This document shows positions 52,962 through 64,000 of a stretch of DNA of 64,000 nt, one piece after another. Source of the DNA: the human T2T-CHM13v2.0 reference genome, Homo sapiens; the NCBI RefSeq assembly GCF_009914755.1, contig NC_060932.1. The stretch is one strand, 5' to 3'. The position numbers and the translations under genes were made by a program. The notes beneath the pieces are model-generated. The model did not search any database. It was not told where the DNA came from and was given only the letters and a program-made list of their open reading frames with translations. Position 1 is the first letter of the stretch; each line of letters opens with the position of its first letter.

Positions 52962-54399
52962 TTAACTAGAGCCTTGTTTGTGGTCATGAGTGTGTGTTCC
53001 CTACTTGTCTACTAAAAAGGGAAAGAAGCCCTGAGCCAGGTACTGTGGGGAACACACAGAGCAGGAATATAGCACCTGGCTCAGCACTTTGACCAAACAG
53101 GAGCTTGAATAGCGAACCTTCTGTGAAATGTAGGAGCTTGTCTGATTTCCCTCCTAGTGCCCACCTTGGGCTGACCACTCACAGAACCCCCATGTGTTTG
53201 AAGAAAAGCTAAGACAGATATCTGCAGGAGAGGCAGCTGGCTCCTGTGTGCTCTCATGGGATGGAATTCACCATTAGTCAATCATTTATTTTCAGGGTCT
53301 CCACCCCCATAGGTAGACTCACATTAACTAAACTGATACATACATACACTAGCATGCTAAATGATTGCTATATAGTGAGAACAACGGCCAACGATATCAG
53401 ACAATACATCCATAGGCCAGTTTATCCCTGCAGATCACCTGTAATTAGAAATTGGCTTGGTAAGAAAGGAATCAAAACAGGGGGCATTAGTTATATTATC
53501 TGAGTGTTTCATGGCCCTGAACTTCTAGCCAGCCTGACATTTTCATCTCCATTTCAAGGATACAGAGCCACTAAGACCAGGCAGGTCGTATTCTGGGGTC
53601 AGCACACCCTCTCCCCTGAACAATGCTCAGAGGACACTTCCCACCTGCTTCTCAGACTCCCCATATCCATACTTCCATGGTGAGCCAATGCTACTTCTGA
53701 TGGGCAAGTTATTGCCTCTAAGATGTTCCTACCTTCCGTGAGATGACAGCTTGGTCTTGCTCTGGACTGAGAGCCATTCTGCCATATAGATCTTGGATCT
53801 CCTCCTCTGGAGGCTGAATTCCTGGCCAGTCTCATTTCCTGTACTGCTGGGCTTGTGGAGTCAGTGGGGCACCCCCAATAATCCCTGGTAGCCTCTGCTC
53901 TTTACAGTCCTCAGTATACAGCCACTGGTTCTGGGGATGGGTTTGAGGGACATGGGTTCAACATCCCAGCAGCCTTCCTAGATCATCACCCTGGCATTGT
54001 CTCTGCGACTGCCCTAAGGATATAGCCCCAGAAAGCAGTCAGCAACAGGACCAGTTCTATAACAGTCCTCATATCAGCAAAAAACCTCTAGGGAAAGAGA
54101 GAAATGTTCCTTGTTCTTTATGCTAGTTGACTAAGAGCTTATCTATTTATGAAAATGTCACAAAGCACCTCTAGACCAGATTGAGGTCAGGATTTAGGAT
54201 GCTTTCCTTTACCTTAATGCAGAGCTGTAGGCTCAATGTGCATAAATTACTGGTATAAAAACACCTCAAGGCTATTTGTTAATCAGTGGTGAGCAAGGAT
54301 CACATATCTAGTAGGGCCTAAGATGCCCTAAGATGCTGTCCAGGGCCTCTGTGCCTCCCCTCCACTCCAGCACCATCACAGCCACCCTGATGACTGAAG

Positions 54400-54845
54400 G
54401 AGTCCTCCAGTCCAAGAGAAGCTGTCCCTCCGTTATCTGTCCAGGGAGAGGCCCCTGACCCAAGCTGAGCCAATCAGAATAGTTCACTCTCTGTCACAGT
54501 GATTGGTCCAGGGATTGACATGTAACCCTGAGTCTGCCAATCAGGACCCTTTCCTGGAAATTGATGAGAGTTTAAGAGGAAGAGCCCAAAACAATCAGAA
54601 GGTGAGTTTCAGTCTGGTAGCAATCGTGTTTCCATGCCCTCAGGGAAGCTGGTCTAAAAAAATAAAGCTGGCAAGCAAAGAGAAAAAGGGATGAGAAGGG
54701 GAATGCTGGTGGGATCTGAGTGTTCCCCTGGTTTCTCTTGAACCTGCCCATCACATGGTCTGCTGACATGAGCTCATATAGTCCCCTTTGTGCCTAGTCT
54801 TCGGAAAACACAGACTTTATCACTTAACAACCACGGAGTCTAGGC
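54400..54845 (+). mobile_element. Old MLT1 (K/L-like) LTR
   Basis: tgacccaagctgagccaatcaga...cacagtgattggtccaggg...gccaatcagga...tcacttaacaacc. Confidence 0.65.
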
Positions 54846-55014
54846 TTACTGGACCTCTGAGATATATTCACCTACCAGAGTCCCTCAACTACCTGATCCT
54901 GAATTTGCCTTCAGAAACTCCAAAGATTGCATGGATTCTCCAATGGTCCTTTTACTCGGGGAGAGTCAAATAACAAAAGGCAAACGTCATCTTGATGCCA
55001 AGAAGTCAGGTAAA

Positions 55015-55210
55015 CATGGCTTTGAGGGCAGGCTCACCTGAGTGTGGATGCGGTTCATGAAGGTGATAAGTCAGATAAGCATGCTACTTCTCTGAGCCTC
55101 AGTTTTCTCATCTATAAAAATGGTGAAAATCACAGGGCCATTGGTGGATCTCCTGAGACTCTCAGCACAGAGCCAGGCACTGAGTGGAGGCTCCATGAAT
55201 ATTAGTTCCT
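55015..55210 (+). mobile_element. MIR SINE
   Basis: cttctctgagcctcagttttctcatctataaaaatgg. Confidence 0.85.
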
Positions 55211-56042
55211 TGTTATTCAGAAAGTAGCAGAAGACACACCACTGCTCGCAGGCTGCTCACCTTCAGCCATCACGGAAGAAATGTAAGTGTTCATTCAAAG
55301 TCAAGTTTCTACAAGAAAAATGTGCTGGGAAGAGAGCTGGACTGGGGCAGGACAGCAGGGACTGATTGAAAAGATAAGATAGCAGCAGTGTGACAGCTTT
55401 GATGCCCACTACTCTACGAAGCAGGAATGATGTTTTTAAGACTACACATTCAAGTATCTTCCTACTTTGAGGCTCTGGGCCCTCTGGATATGAGAGCTGT
55501 CAGGTAGACCTCAAGCCTCCACAGAGTGGCTGGATGTGTGTCCACTCTGCAGACTCATCTTTCCCCTCAGGAATAACACACACTCTAGTCTTGGAAACAG
55601 AATATCAGGAAGCTCTTGAGATCAGGAGGAAGCCCCATTTCCTGATGTATAATTATCGGCAACAAAGCTGGCATCTACGAGACCCCATCTAACTGTTGTG
55701 CTATTTCTTAATTGCTTTACAACCCAGAGGGAAAGGGACTGTGATTAATGCCCTTCTCAAAAACTCCAGCACCTGGCACTTAGTGGATGCTAAATAAATA
55801 TTCATTGAGTTGATTTTGTTGAGTGATGGCCCAGGAATGGGATGGTCAATCTGGAAAGTAGTGAGATCCCCATCAAAGAGAGAAAAAACAGAGAGTGACG
55901 ACTACATGACAGAAAGGCTACAGAGGCAATTTCAATATGAGTTGTGAATTGGATTAGATGTCTTTTAAAATATGTGCCAGACTTGAGGTTTTACAGTCAC
56001 GTGGCTCAGGAGAGACTATAGTAAATCTAAAACTATTTTATT

Positions 56043-56074
<32 letters not shown>
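56043..56074. repeat. (AAC)n microsatellite
   Basis: Directly visible, about 10 units. Confidence 0.95.
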
Positions 56075-56241
56075 AAACTAAGGGCCTTGGAATTCTGGAA
56101 GTTGAGTCACTTGCCCAGGGAGGACCAAAAACATCTTGAAGATGATCATCCCTTTCTAAATGAGCCAGAGAATACCATGCTACTCACCCAGTCAGACCAT
56201 GTGGCATTAGATTCATTTGACATAAAACAAAAATAATGCCC

Positions 56242-56658
56242 CTATCTTAGCTTGGGCTTCCCCAAAAGCAGAACCCAAGAAAAGGGCTGGGAGTGGTTCC
56301 TTTGGAAGGTAATTCAGCGAAGCAAGAGTGAAGAAGTGAGCCGGTAGAGGAAGACAGGCAGAGAAGTGCGTCAATGTGAGGGTGTGCTGTGGAGAACAGG
56401 GGCTCGATTCTCCTGAGACCACATGAGATACTGAAAAATCTTCCATAATTGTCTGCACGAAAGGCAAAAGACTGGCACATTTATCCATGTCTCCTCAGAC
56501 AATGATTGTGCTGGCACCAGGGTCGCTCTCTGCCCTGCACTTGTGGAATGAGTTTGCCTGCACACAGTGATGTGAGGTCAGTCTGCAAGTCTGAGCTGCC
56601 CCAGCCAGTCCTAGCCAAAAGGAGATATGGGATGAGCGCAGGAGACATGGGCACCACA
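56242..56658 (-). mobile_element. LTR16-like ERVL LTR
   Basis: tatcttagcttgggcttccccaaaagcagaaccc...ttggaaggtaattc matches the antisense LTR16 3' end. Confidence 0.65.
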
Positions 56659-57745
56659 GGCAGCTGCAGCCCTAAACTCATCACTCCATGTCGTCCAGAT
56701 CTCCAAAGTCACAGCCCTGTGTGCCAGTCTCCAAGCTGTTGCTTCTGTGATCTTCCTGAGACTGTCTTCCTTGCTCAAAACCCACAGGACTACAAGACAA
56801 GTCTAAAACCCTTCTCCATGGGATCCCCCACTCCACTGGTCCATCTCAACCTATGGCTGCTCCTCCTCCAATCAGAACCTTCCCCTTGCACTCCAATGAG
56901 TCACCTGCCATTCCTTACTCATGTCCTTCCCTAAAGGCCTTTGTGCTCTGGCGCAAAGAGCTCTGTCTGGAACACCATTTAGTTTCATTCCCATCCATCA
57001 AACTCCATCCCGTCCTCGACAGCCCAGCTGAAACATTTCTTCCAGGGAATTTGCTCCCTTGTGAGTATACTTACTGAGTTGCATTGTAATTTGTGTAAGT
57101 GTTGGTGTCCTCACAAAAAAGGAGCTTCTTTAAGGTCAGGGATAAAGTTGTAATCTAACTTCAGGGCCATCCATAAAGGAGATATTCAGTGAAAGGTGGC
57201 TGAGTAAATGAATGGATGACTCCAGAAAACTTCTCCCTTCAAGGCCTCAGCTTCTTCCACTTTAGAATGAAGAAGTGGGAGGAGCTGAATTAGAGTTTCC
57301 TGCAGCATTTTCTGAGAAGTCCTAGCACTGCCAGATGCCTCTAAAGAACATATTCTGAGGCCTAATGGGTTTGAGAGATGCTTTAGACCCCCTCTGGGAG
57401 TCACTGTGGCTCTACAGAGAATTCCTTTAGTCTCTGTTTAAGTCAACAATGCCCAGATCCATTCAGCCACAGAATATCTAGAGGAAGAAGTCAACCAAAG
57501 AAGGCTCATTGGGTAATGTTAGCTGAGACATGACTTTGGCTCCTTCCAACTCAAGAATTCTATAATCATCATCAAACTCTGATGAAGCTGAACATTACAA
57601 ATATATGCGTTTGATTCAGAAAAAAAATAATATCCCAGAGCTCTCCAAAGGTGAGGAGGCAGGAAGCTTGCCACCATGACTGGGGCTGTTCAAAAAGAAT
57701 GGATGGTCCCCAGCACTTCACGTGGAATTCAAATATGGGCAATAT

Positions 57746-57910
57746 CAGGGGGTCTTCATTTGGGGTCCACAGACATGCTTGTGGGATGAGTATGAACCCC
57801 TGAGATTATACATGAATTTGTGTGGATGTACACTGTCGCTGAATAAGGACTCAATACTTTCAATGCATTCTCAAAAGGGACTGTGAGTACCTAATGGCCA
57901 AGGATCCCTG
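57746..57910. mobile_element. MER117-like hAT element
   Basis: caggggg...tggggtccac...tgaacccctga...attctcaaaaggg...ccctg. Confidence 0.5.
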
Positions 57911-59239
57911 GCCTACATAAGGGTTCAGAAGGGTAGTGCATAAGAAACGAAACACAACCAAACCCCATCAGCTCGAGGATGAGGGAATACAACAAGTCTT
58001 GGAACCATCCCTCTCCATTGCTGGAATTCTGCCTCCAATACTCTCACTAAAGAATTATCTGCATTAACACTCATTATGCTTGTTACCTCTTCACCTTGGC
58101 CCCATACTTGACCTCTCCATATCCTCATTTCCTTATCTGTCTATTGGGAACAGTACAGTATAATTGGGAGGGTCAAATACAGTGATGAAGCATCACATAA
58201 CTTGACAGTTTAACGGTAGTGGGGTACCCAACCAAATCACCTGCCATTTAAAAAACAGGAAAATCCTCACTCAGTTTAAATCTAAGAGGGAGAAATGTTT
58301 CATGTTTGATTCAGATCAGGGGTGTCTTGCTGTAGTCTACATTTTATATCTAAACACTTGCCAATTTCCCAGCATTGTTGGTGCATGGATTGGCATGAGG
58401 CTCCTTGCTCCTTCTCTCTCATAGGCTTATCATTCCTGAAGCCCTACCAGGGTGCTCACTGTGTCCTGCTGGGTGCTCCAGGGAAGGGGTCTGTTTCCTC
58501 TTAAGCTCCTCTGCTTGGGTCAAGCCATCAGGGACACCTTCACTGCACCATGTTACGATGCCTCTTGGACACGGCTAGATTTCTGCATCAGAAAGAGGGC
58601 TGGGTACCAATTGAATCTGCTTACACACTCCAGAAAGAGAGTCCTTGGGGCAAATCCAGCTGTGGATTGTGTGACAAGGTGAAAGTTCAGTTAGTGCTTC
58701 CTAATTGTGTGATTGGTTATTAGAGAAACTAGTAATGATGACATTAGCATAACAAATAATTTGATGGAGTTTACAAAGCACCTTTGTATTCATTCAATTA
58801 ATTTTGTTTTCCAGGCACACCCAGGTCAAGGCACTTGCCTGGCAGGTGAATAAGATCCCTTTCCCAGGAAGCCCAGGCCCATGCACTGCCACATCTGCCA
58901 ACTTTTCTCCTGGCTCTCACCCACTACTTCCTGCTAGTGTTTCCTCAGCTTCTGACTTCATCTGCATCTCCATGCCTGCACTGGCCCCTTGGATCTGATA
59001 CAGATTTAGTTTCTCAGGCTTGAACTGGGCACCCCACTTCCCCTGATGCCATCTACCCTTGACTTCTGGTTCTCACTTCTCCCAGTTACAACTATCCAAT
59101 ATGGCCTCAGATTTTAGGACTCTACAGCACAGCTAGGTCAATGACCAAACTCCCTTGCTTGGGGTGTCAACCACAAAATGACAACTCTTGCCACAGCCTG
59201 CAAATCTCTAGCAGTCCAGCCCCTCAGAGCCTCCCTGTC

Positions 59240-59570
59240 TCTCCTCCCCATTGCTTCTGTTGGTCCCACTGGGCTGGCTTCCCAGCTGTTCTTGAAGTCA
59301 GCCAAGCAACTCTGTCTAGATATCTGCAGAGCCCCTTCTTCTATGCCCCCTTCACCCTATCTCTCATCCCTCTTTATTTTGCTTCCTCGCACTTATCTGC
59401 ACTTGACCTAAGAGATTTGGCTTGTTTGTTGATGACCCATCTCCTCTCACCAGAATGTGAGCCTCATGGGGGCCGAGGCTTCATTTTCTCCCCTGCTATT
59501 GCCCAGCACAGGAACAGAGCCAGGCACATAGGAGGGGTTCAGGAACCTCTGGTGGAATGAGTGAAGGAAT
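59240..59570 (+). mobile_element. L2 3' end
   Basis: cagaatgtgagcctcatgg...cccagcacaggaacagagccaggcacatagg...gaatgagtgaa. Confidence 0.75.
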
Positions 59571-60699
59571 GCACTTTCAACCTCCCAGAGGCTCTTGAAG
59601 GAGGCGCCACCTCCAGCCCAGCCCTTGATCTAAGCCCCTTCTGGCAGAGACCTCAGACTCACGACAAGAGCTGCTAGCTGTGCTTCCAGGCCCCTCTGAC
59701 ATCTCTGGTCCCTCCTCTTTCCTCCAGTCTCCCTTGGACATCACCTCATTTACTTCCTTCTTAGTAATGTTCACGGTCGATACCTCCCTTGTGTATTCCT
59801 TGGTTTTCTCCTTTCCTGTCTGTTTTGATCTTCAGAATATAAGTGTCAAGAAGGTATAAACTTGATATCTTTTGGATGCTTGGGGTCCAGGCCAGTGATT
59901 GGCACACAGCAATTTTTTATAAAAATGGAGGAAAGAAGACAGGGAGGGACTGTGACCTGGCTTCAGCATCACTGCCCAGGCCCTTCAGGGCCATGCATCC
60001 AACAGGCTACTGCTTGGCTCTTCATTATGGCCTCAGTCCAGAATGCCACTTTTTGAGTGCTCTTATCTCTCTGGTTTCCATTCCACCCTCTCATCTAATA
60101 ACCAATGCAAGCTTCCCAAATTCCAGCTTGTTTTACAGATAAGGGGGCTGAGGTACATATCAATGAGGTTACTGAGCTAAGGCAACAGTGAACAAACTGG
60201 TATGCGAGACTCCAAAGTCCAGACCCCTGACCACTTTCCAATAGCCTCTCTGAAGCCAAGTAGTTTGTTTATAAGTGGAGCTGCACAGAGAACACTGCAA
60301 GCAAAGAACAACTCTGACTCATCTGATGCTTCTGCGGCACAAACCTCCTCAGCTCCTCACTCCAAGGTTCCCTTAGCAAAACTCTCCCCGAATGGCCATA
60401 CCTGGTAGCTCCAAGGCAGAGATCTTTTATGTCTAATATGTTCTTTAATGTACTGACCTTTTAAAATTAATAGAATATTTTTTATCATCTGAATTTCTCA
60501 GAGTGAGGACTTGCGGTTCATTGTTGTTTTAATTATGCCTTAGAATAGCAACCTCGTTTATCAGGCTGCGAGATTACTGTTTGTGAGAAATCTTCCTCAT
60601 AAAGTAAAAGGATCTAAACAGAACACTCAAAAAGAAAAGAAAAATAAAATGAAAAGGTTAAAAGAAATGTAAAAGGGTCAACATTAATAGCAACCAAAG

Positions 60700-61270
60700 A
60701 AAAGAAAATGAAATAAACTTCCTTTCTCACCAATACATTTAGAAAAATCAAAAGAACAGAAAAACAAAATTCTTAATTATTGATTAAGAAAGAATACACC
60801 AGTAACTGTATTTTGGAAATTAACCCAGATAAGATATTTTTAAACTTTTAAACTGTCCATTCGTATGTGTAAAACAAAGTCAAAGATACACGCCAAGCAA
60901 AGACCTTCAGTATTATTTATAATGAAGTAATAGTGGAAGACAATAACTTCTTTAATCTACATCTAGGGGAAGGAATAGTATAAAGCCATTAACATTATAT
61001 TAACACAATTATGTTAGCAAATATTAAATAATAATAGTAAAACGCTTATGTTTTGTGTAATTGTGAAATGAGTAGTATTTTGAATTATAGGATGTAACTT
61101 GAACAAAGAAAAAAACATGCACGAGAGCTCCTAAAATGTTGATAGTGCTTTATATTCTTTCTGCATGTGGCTTGACGATTTTCTTTAGCAATCTTTTTTC
61201 TATTATTTATTTTACAATATTTCAAAAGAGACCAGTATTAATTTCATCCTGGAAAAAATAAACATACTTA
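60700..61270 (+). mobile_element. Ancient L1M 3' remnant
   Basis: AT-rich; ttttggaaattaaccca...cagtattatttataat...ctcctaaaatgttgatagtg. Confidence 0.5.
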
Positions 61271-62239
61271 AAAAAAACTCAAAATGTAACCTTTCTACAT
61301 CTTAGTTTAGATCTACCAAAAGATTCCAAACATGGGGTGTTATTTTTCTAAGAACGTCACATTTTTACCTGTGGAAATTCTTTAATTCTTACTATTTATC
61401 CAAATTCAAAGCGTGCCTTAAGGACCTGCCAAAGTGCCACATTGCCAAGTCATTTGCAAACATCTACTGAGCATCAACCTTCCAGTTCCAGCAGAAACTG
61501 AGAGGAACAAACAAAAACCATGCCCTTGAGATGCTCAGGTCAGTTGGGGGCAATTGGTGCTTAAATAAACAAACAAGAAATGAGGACATGCTGGGACAAA
61601 TGTTCTAGCAGGAGTTTTTGTGCTTGCTCCTGAGTAAGCCTCAGAAGGCTCTGCTGAACGGGAAGTCACCAAGGTACTTTGACACCAGAAAGTGGAACAT
61701 TTGAGCCAGGCTATGAAGGGGACACAGGATTAACCAGGCAAACAGGGGGAAGCATGAGAAAGCAGAAATCAAATGAGTGCAAAGACAAGCAGGCTTGAAG
61801 GGCATGTGGTCTTTAGAGGCAAGGAAGAGTCACAGCTGGTAGGAAAGCAGATGTATTGAGCTGGGAAATGACAAGAGGCCAGAGGATTTGTGACCATGTG
61901 AATAAGTCTTGTAATGGGGCGAGGGCGGCGTGGGTTGTAAACAGGGAGCAACACAGTGTACATCTGAGTTCCTAAGGCTAGAGGGAAGGAGAGGCAAGAG
62001 GTAGTAAGTCCCATCAGGTGAAGATTTGAAAAGTGAAGGGGGAGTTACCAAAACCTGGACACTGACTGGCACCTAGTAGACTCAATGGGTACTGCCAACA
62101 AGACAGACAAAGTCACGGGAAGGGGGCTAAGAAACCAGATGCAGAAGCAAGCAGTTCACTCAATCAAACCAGCCACTTGTAGGAGAGCTAACAAGATGTG
62201 TAGAGCATCTCTGATTACTAAGTTCAAATTTCTGAAGAT

Positions 62240-62470
62240 GTAACACTAGTTCAGAAGGATATTGGTAGATAAAACACGAAACCACAAAAGGCGTCATTTG
62301 GAAAATGAGTTTGGAAAAGGCTAGATTATGATGCTGGACTTCTCAGAGCCTCTAATAAGTTAAATAAATTATCCAAAAGATGGGTAAGTGTTTCCCAAAT
62401 TATCTGGTCATTGAACACTTAATTCCATAATTTATTAAGGTCCCTTGGAATGCACTTTGGAAAATGCTAC
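62240..62470. mobile_element. MER112-like Charlie element
   Basis: gagtttggaaaaggct...gacttctcagagcctctaata...tttcccaaattatctg...cactttggaaaatgct. Confidence 0.55.
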
Positions 62471-63702
62471 CGGGCCAGGTGGTGTGGCAAAGGAGGAAGG
62501 GGAGAGGGTGTCAAAAGTGGGCCTTATACAGATTTATTAATATATTTACATAAAGAAGACCCAAGAGCACCTATAAGGAAACACATCAAGGAAGGCTCAT
62601 ACATGCGGGCAGCCCCTGTGTTCCTCAAGTCTACATCTCCAAAGGCACTGGCTGGCCCAAGCAGTGATCTGATTCTGTAGTACGCTGTCACCATCCACCC
62701 TGGATGCCATCTTTTAGCCCACAGACTTAGCCTAGGGCCTGACAGTGGCTCCCACGTGCTCACGTCATTCACTCTTGTTTTTATGAACCAAGTTCCATTG
62801 GAACTCCTGCATCCCACAGCTCCTGCTTCTTCTGCTTGTCTTACTTTCTTTCTCTCTTTCATACTTTCTGAGTGTCAGCTTTGTGACAGGAACTGGTGAA
62901 TTTTAAGCCAGGCTGTTCTAGTTTATCCCTAACTGACCCTGTATTTAAAACTACAATCTCTCAACAAATCTAAACTCAGATGCAATTATCTGTCTTTTTT
63001 AAAAAAGTTCATGTGTACCATTGAAGTTTGTGTTCTGTTCTTGGCTAGCAGCAGCATAATTTACCTCTTCATTTGTGACCCTGATATTTGCAGGAAAATA
63101 TTGTCCCCAAATGCCATTAGTTTCAACTCCTCAATCCATCTTCCTTGACACTTAGTCAATGATTCTCTGGCTCTAATTCATCACATCGAACATAAGGCAA
63201 AAATTGAATTAAAATATTTCAGGGCAGATAGAATACAAATTAGGACACAGGATGTGGTTAGCATTGTGAAAGGCAACACTGGAGAAGATATAATTTGAAA
63301 CATTTAAACTGTGAATTACTTTCAGTGGGGGTAGGGAGTGGAGACCACCCCAATCTAGGGCTCCAAGTGTTGGCAATACATCTATATAACAAATAGCTTA
63401 CTGCTCTGGGCTGATGATCCCACATTATGTGGAATTGCCTAAGCCTTTTCCATTGAATCTGCCTTTCACTGAGAAAATGTTCCCCATCATGCCACGGGAG
63501 GTCACTTCTGTTTATCATCTCAAGGTTCAGGAAATAAAATGGTGAGAGCCTAGGCTGGAGGGAGTGTCACTGCTGCTTTTTTGTACATTCCAGAAGGCAA
63601 GATACAGGTGTGTCTGGCTCACAATTATAGGCTCAGGACCTAGGACAGTTCCTAACATATAGTAGGCAATTTTATACAGTATTTAACAAATGGGTTTAGT
63701 AA

Positions 63703-63812
63703 ATGGATGGACGGACGGACGGACGGACGGACGGATGGATGGATGGATGGATGGATGGACGATGAATGGATGGGTGGCTGGTTGGATGGATGGATGGGTG
63801 GATGGATGGGTG
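63703..63812. repeat. Compound (GGAC)6/(GGAT)n microsatellite at an L2 tail
   Basis: Directly visible. Confidence 0.93.
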
Positions 63813-64000
63813 AGTCAGTATGTACTTATGCAAATACTATTACTTATACTACTAATCATATAATAACAAACATTGATAAATTTCCTAAGTATTTTTGGGG
63901 TATATTTAATTTAACCCTTTCAACAACATTGTGAAGTAGGTACTATTATTACCTTTCTCCTTTTACAGACAAACTAAGCAGGGAGTGCTAACTTTATCAG

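Overview
Primate (human-like) nuclear DNA, with no sign of prokaryotic sequence. It is dominated by interspersed repeats (Alu, L1, L2, MIR, MaLR/ERVL LTRs, MER/Charlie DNA transposons) and microsatellites. I found no CpG island, no recognisable protein-coding exon, no RNA gene and no CRISPR array. The listed ORFs are chance or repeat-derived. Three things are not explained by repeat annotation. (1) A ~2 kb inverted duplication (arms ~8541-10787 and ~15707-17732, ~89-96% identical by hand count, ~4.9 kb spacer), with an AluSc-like insertion in one arm only and a + strand MLT2A LTR just upstream. (2) A perfect 35-bp copy of nearby unique sequence inserted into an L1PA element. (3) A fold-back (TA)n/(TG)n/(CA)n expansion that has captured an inverted copy of its L1 flank. 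A strong + strand bias of LTRs and L1s suggests the window lies in an intron of a minus-strand gene. Repeat subfamily names come from remembered consensus sequences, not from a database search. Boundaries of old repeats are approximate. I cannot identify the locus and do not claim a new biological system; the functional ideas are hypotheses.
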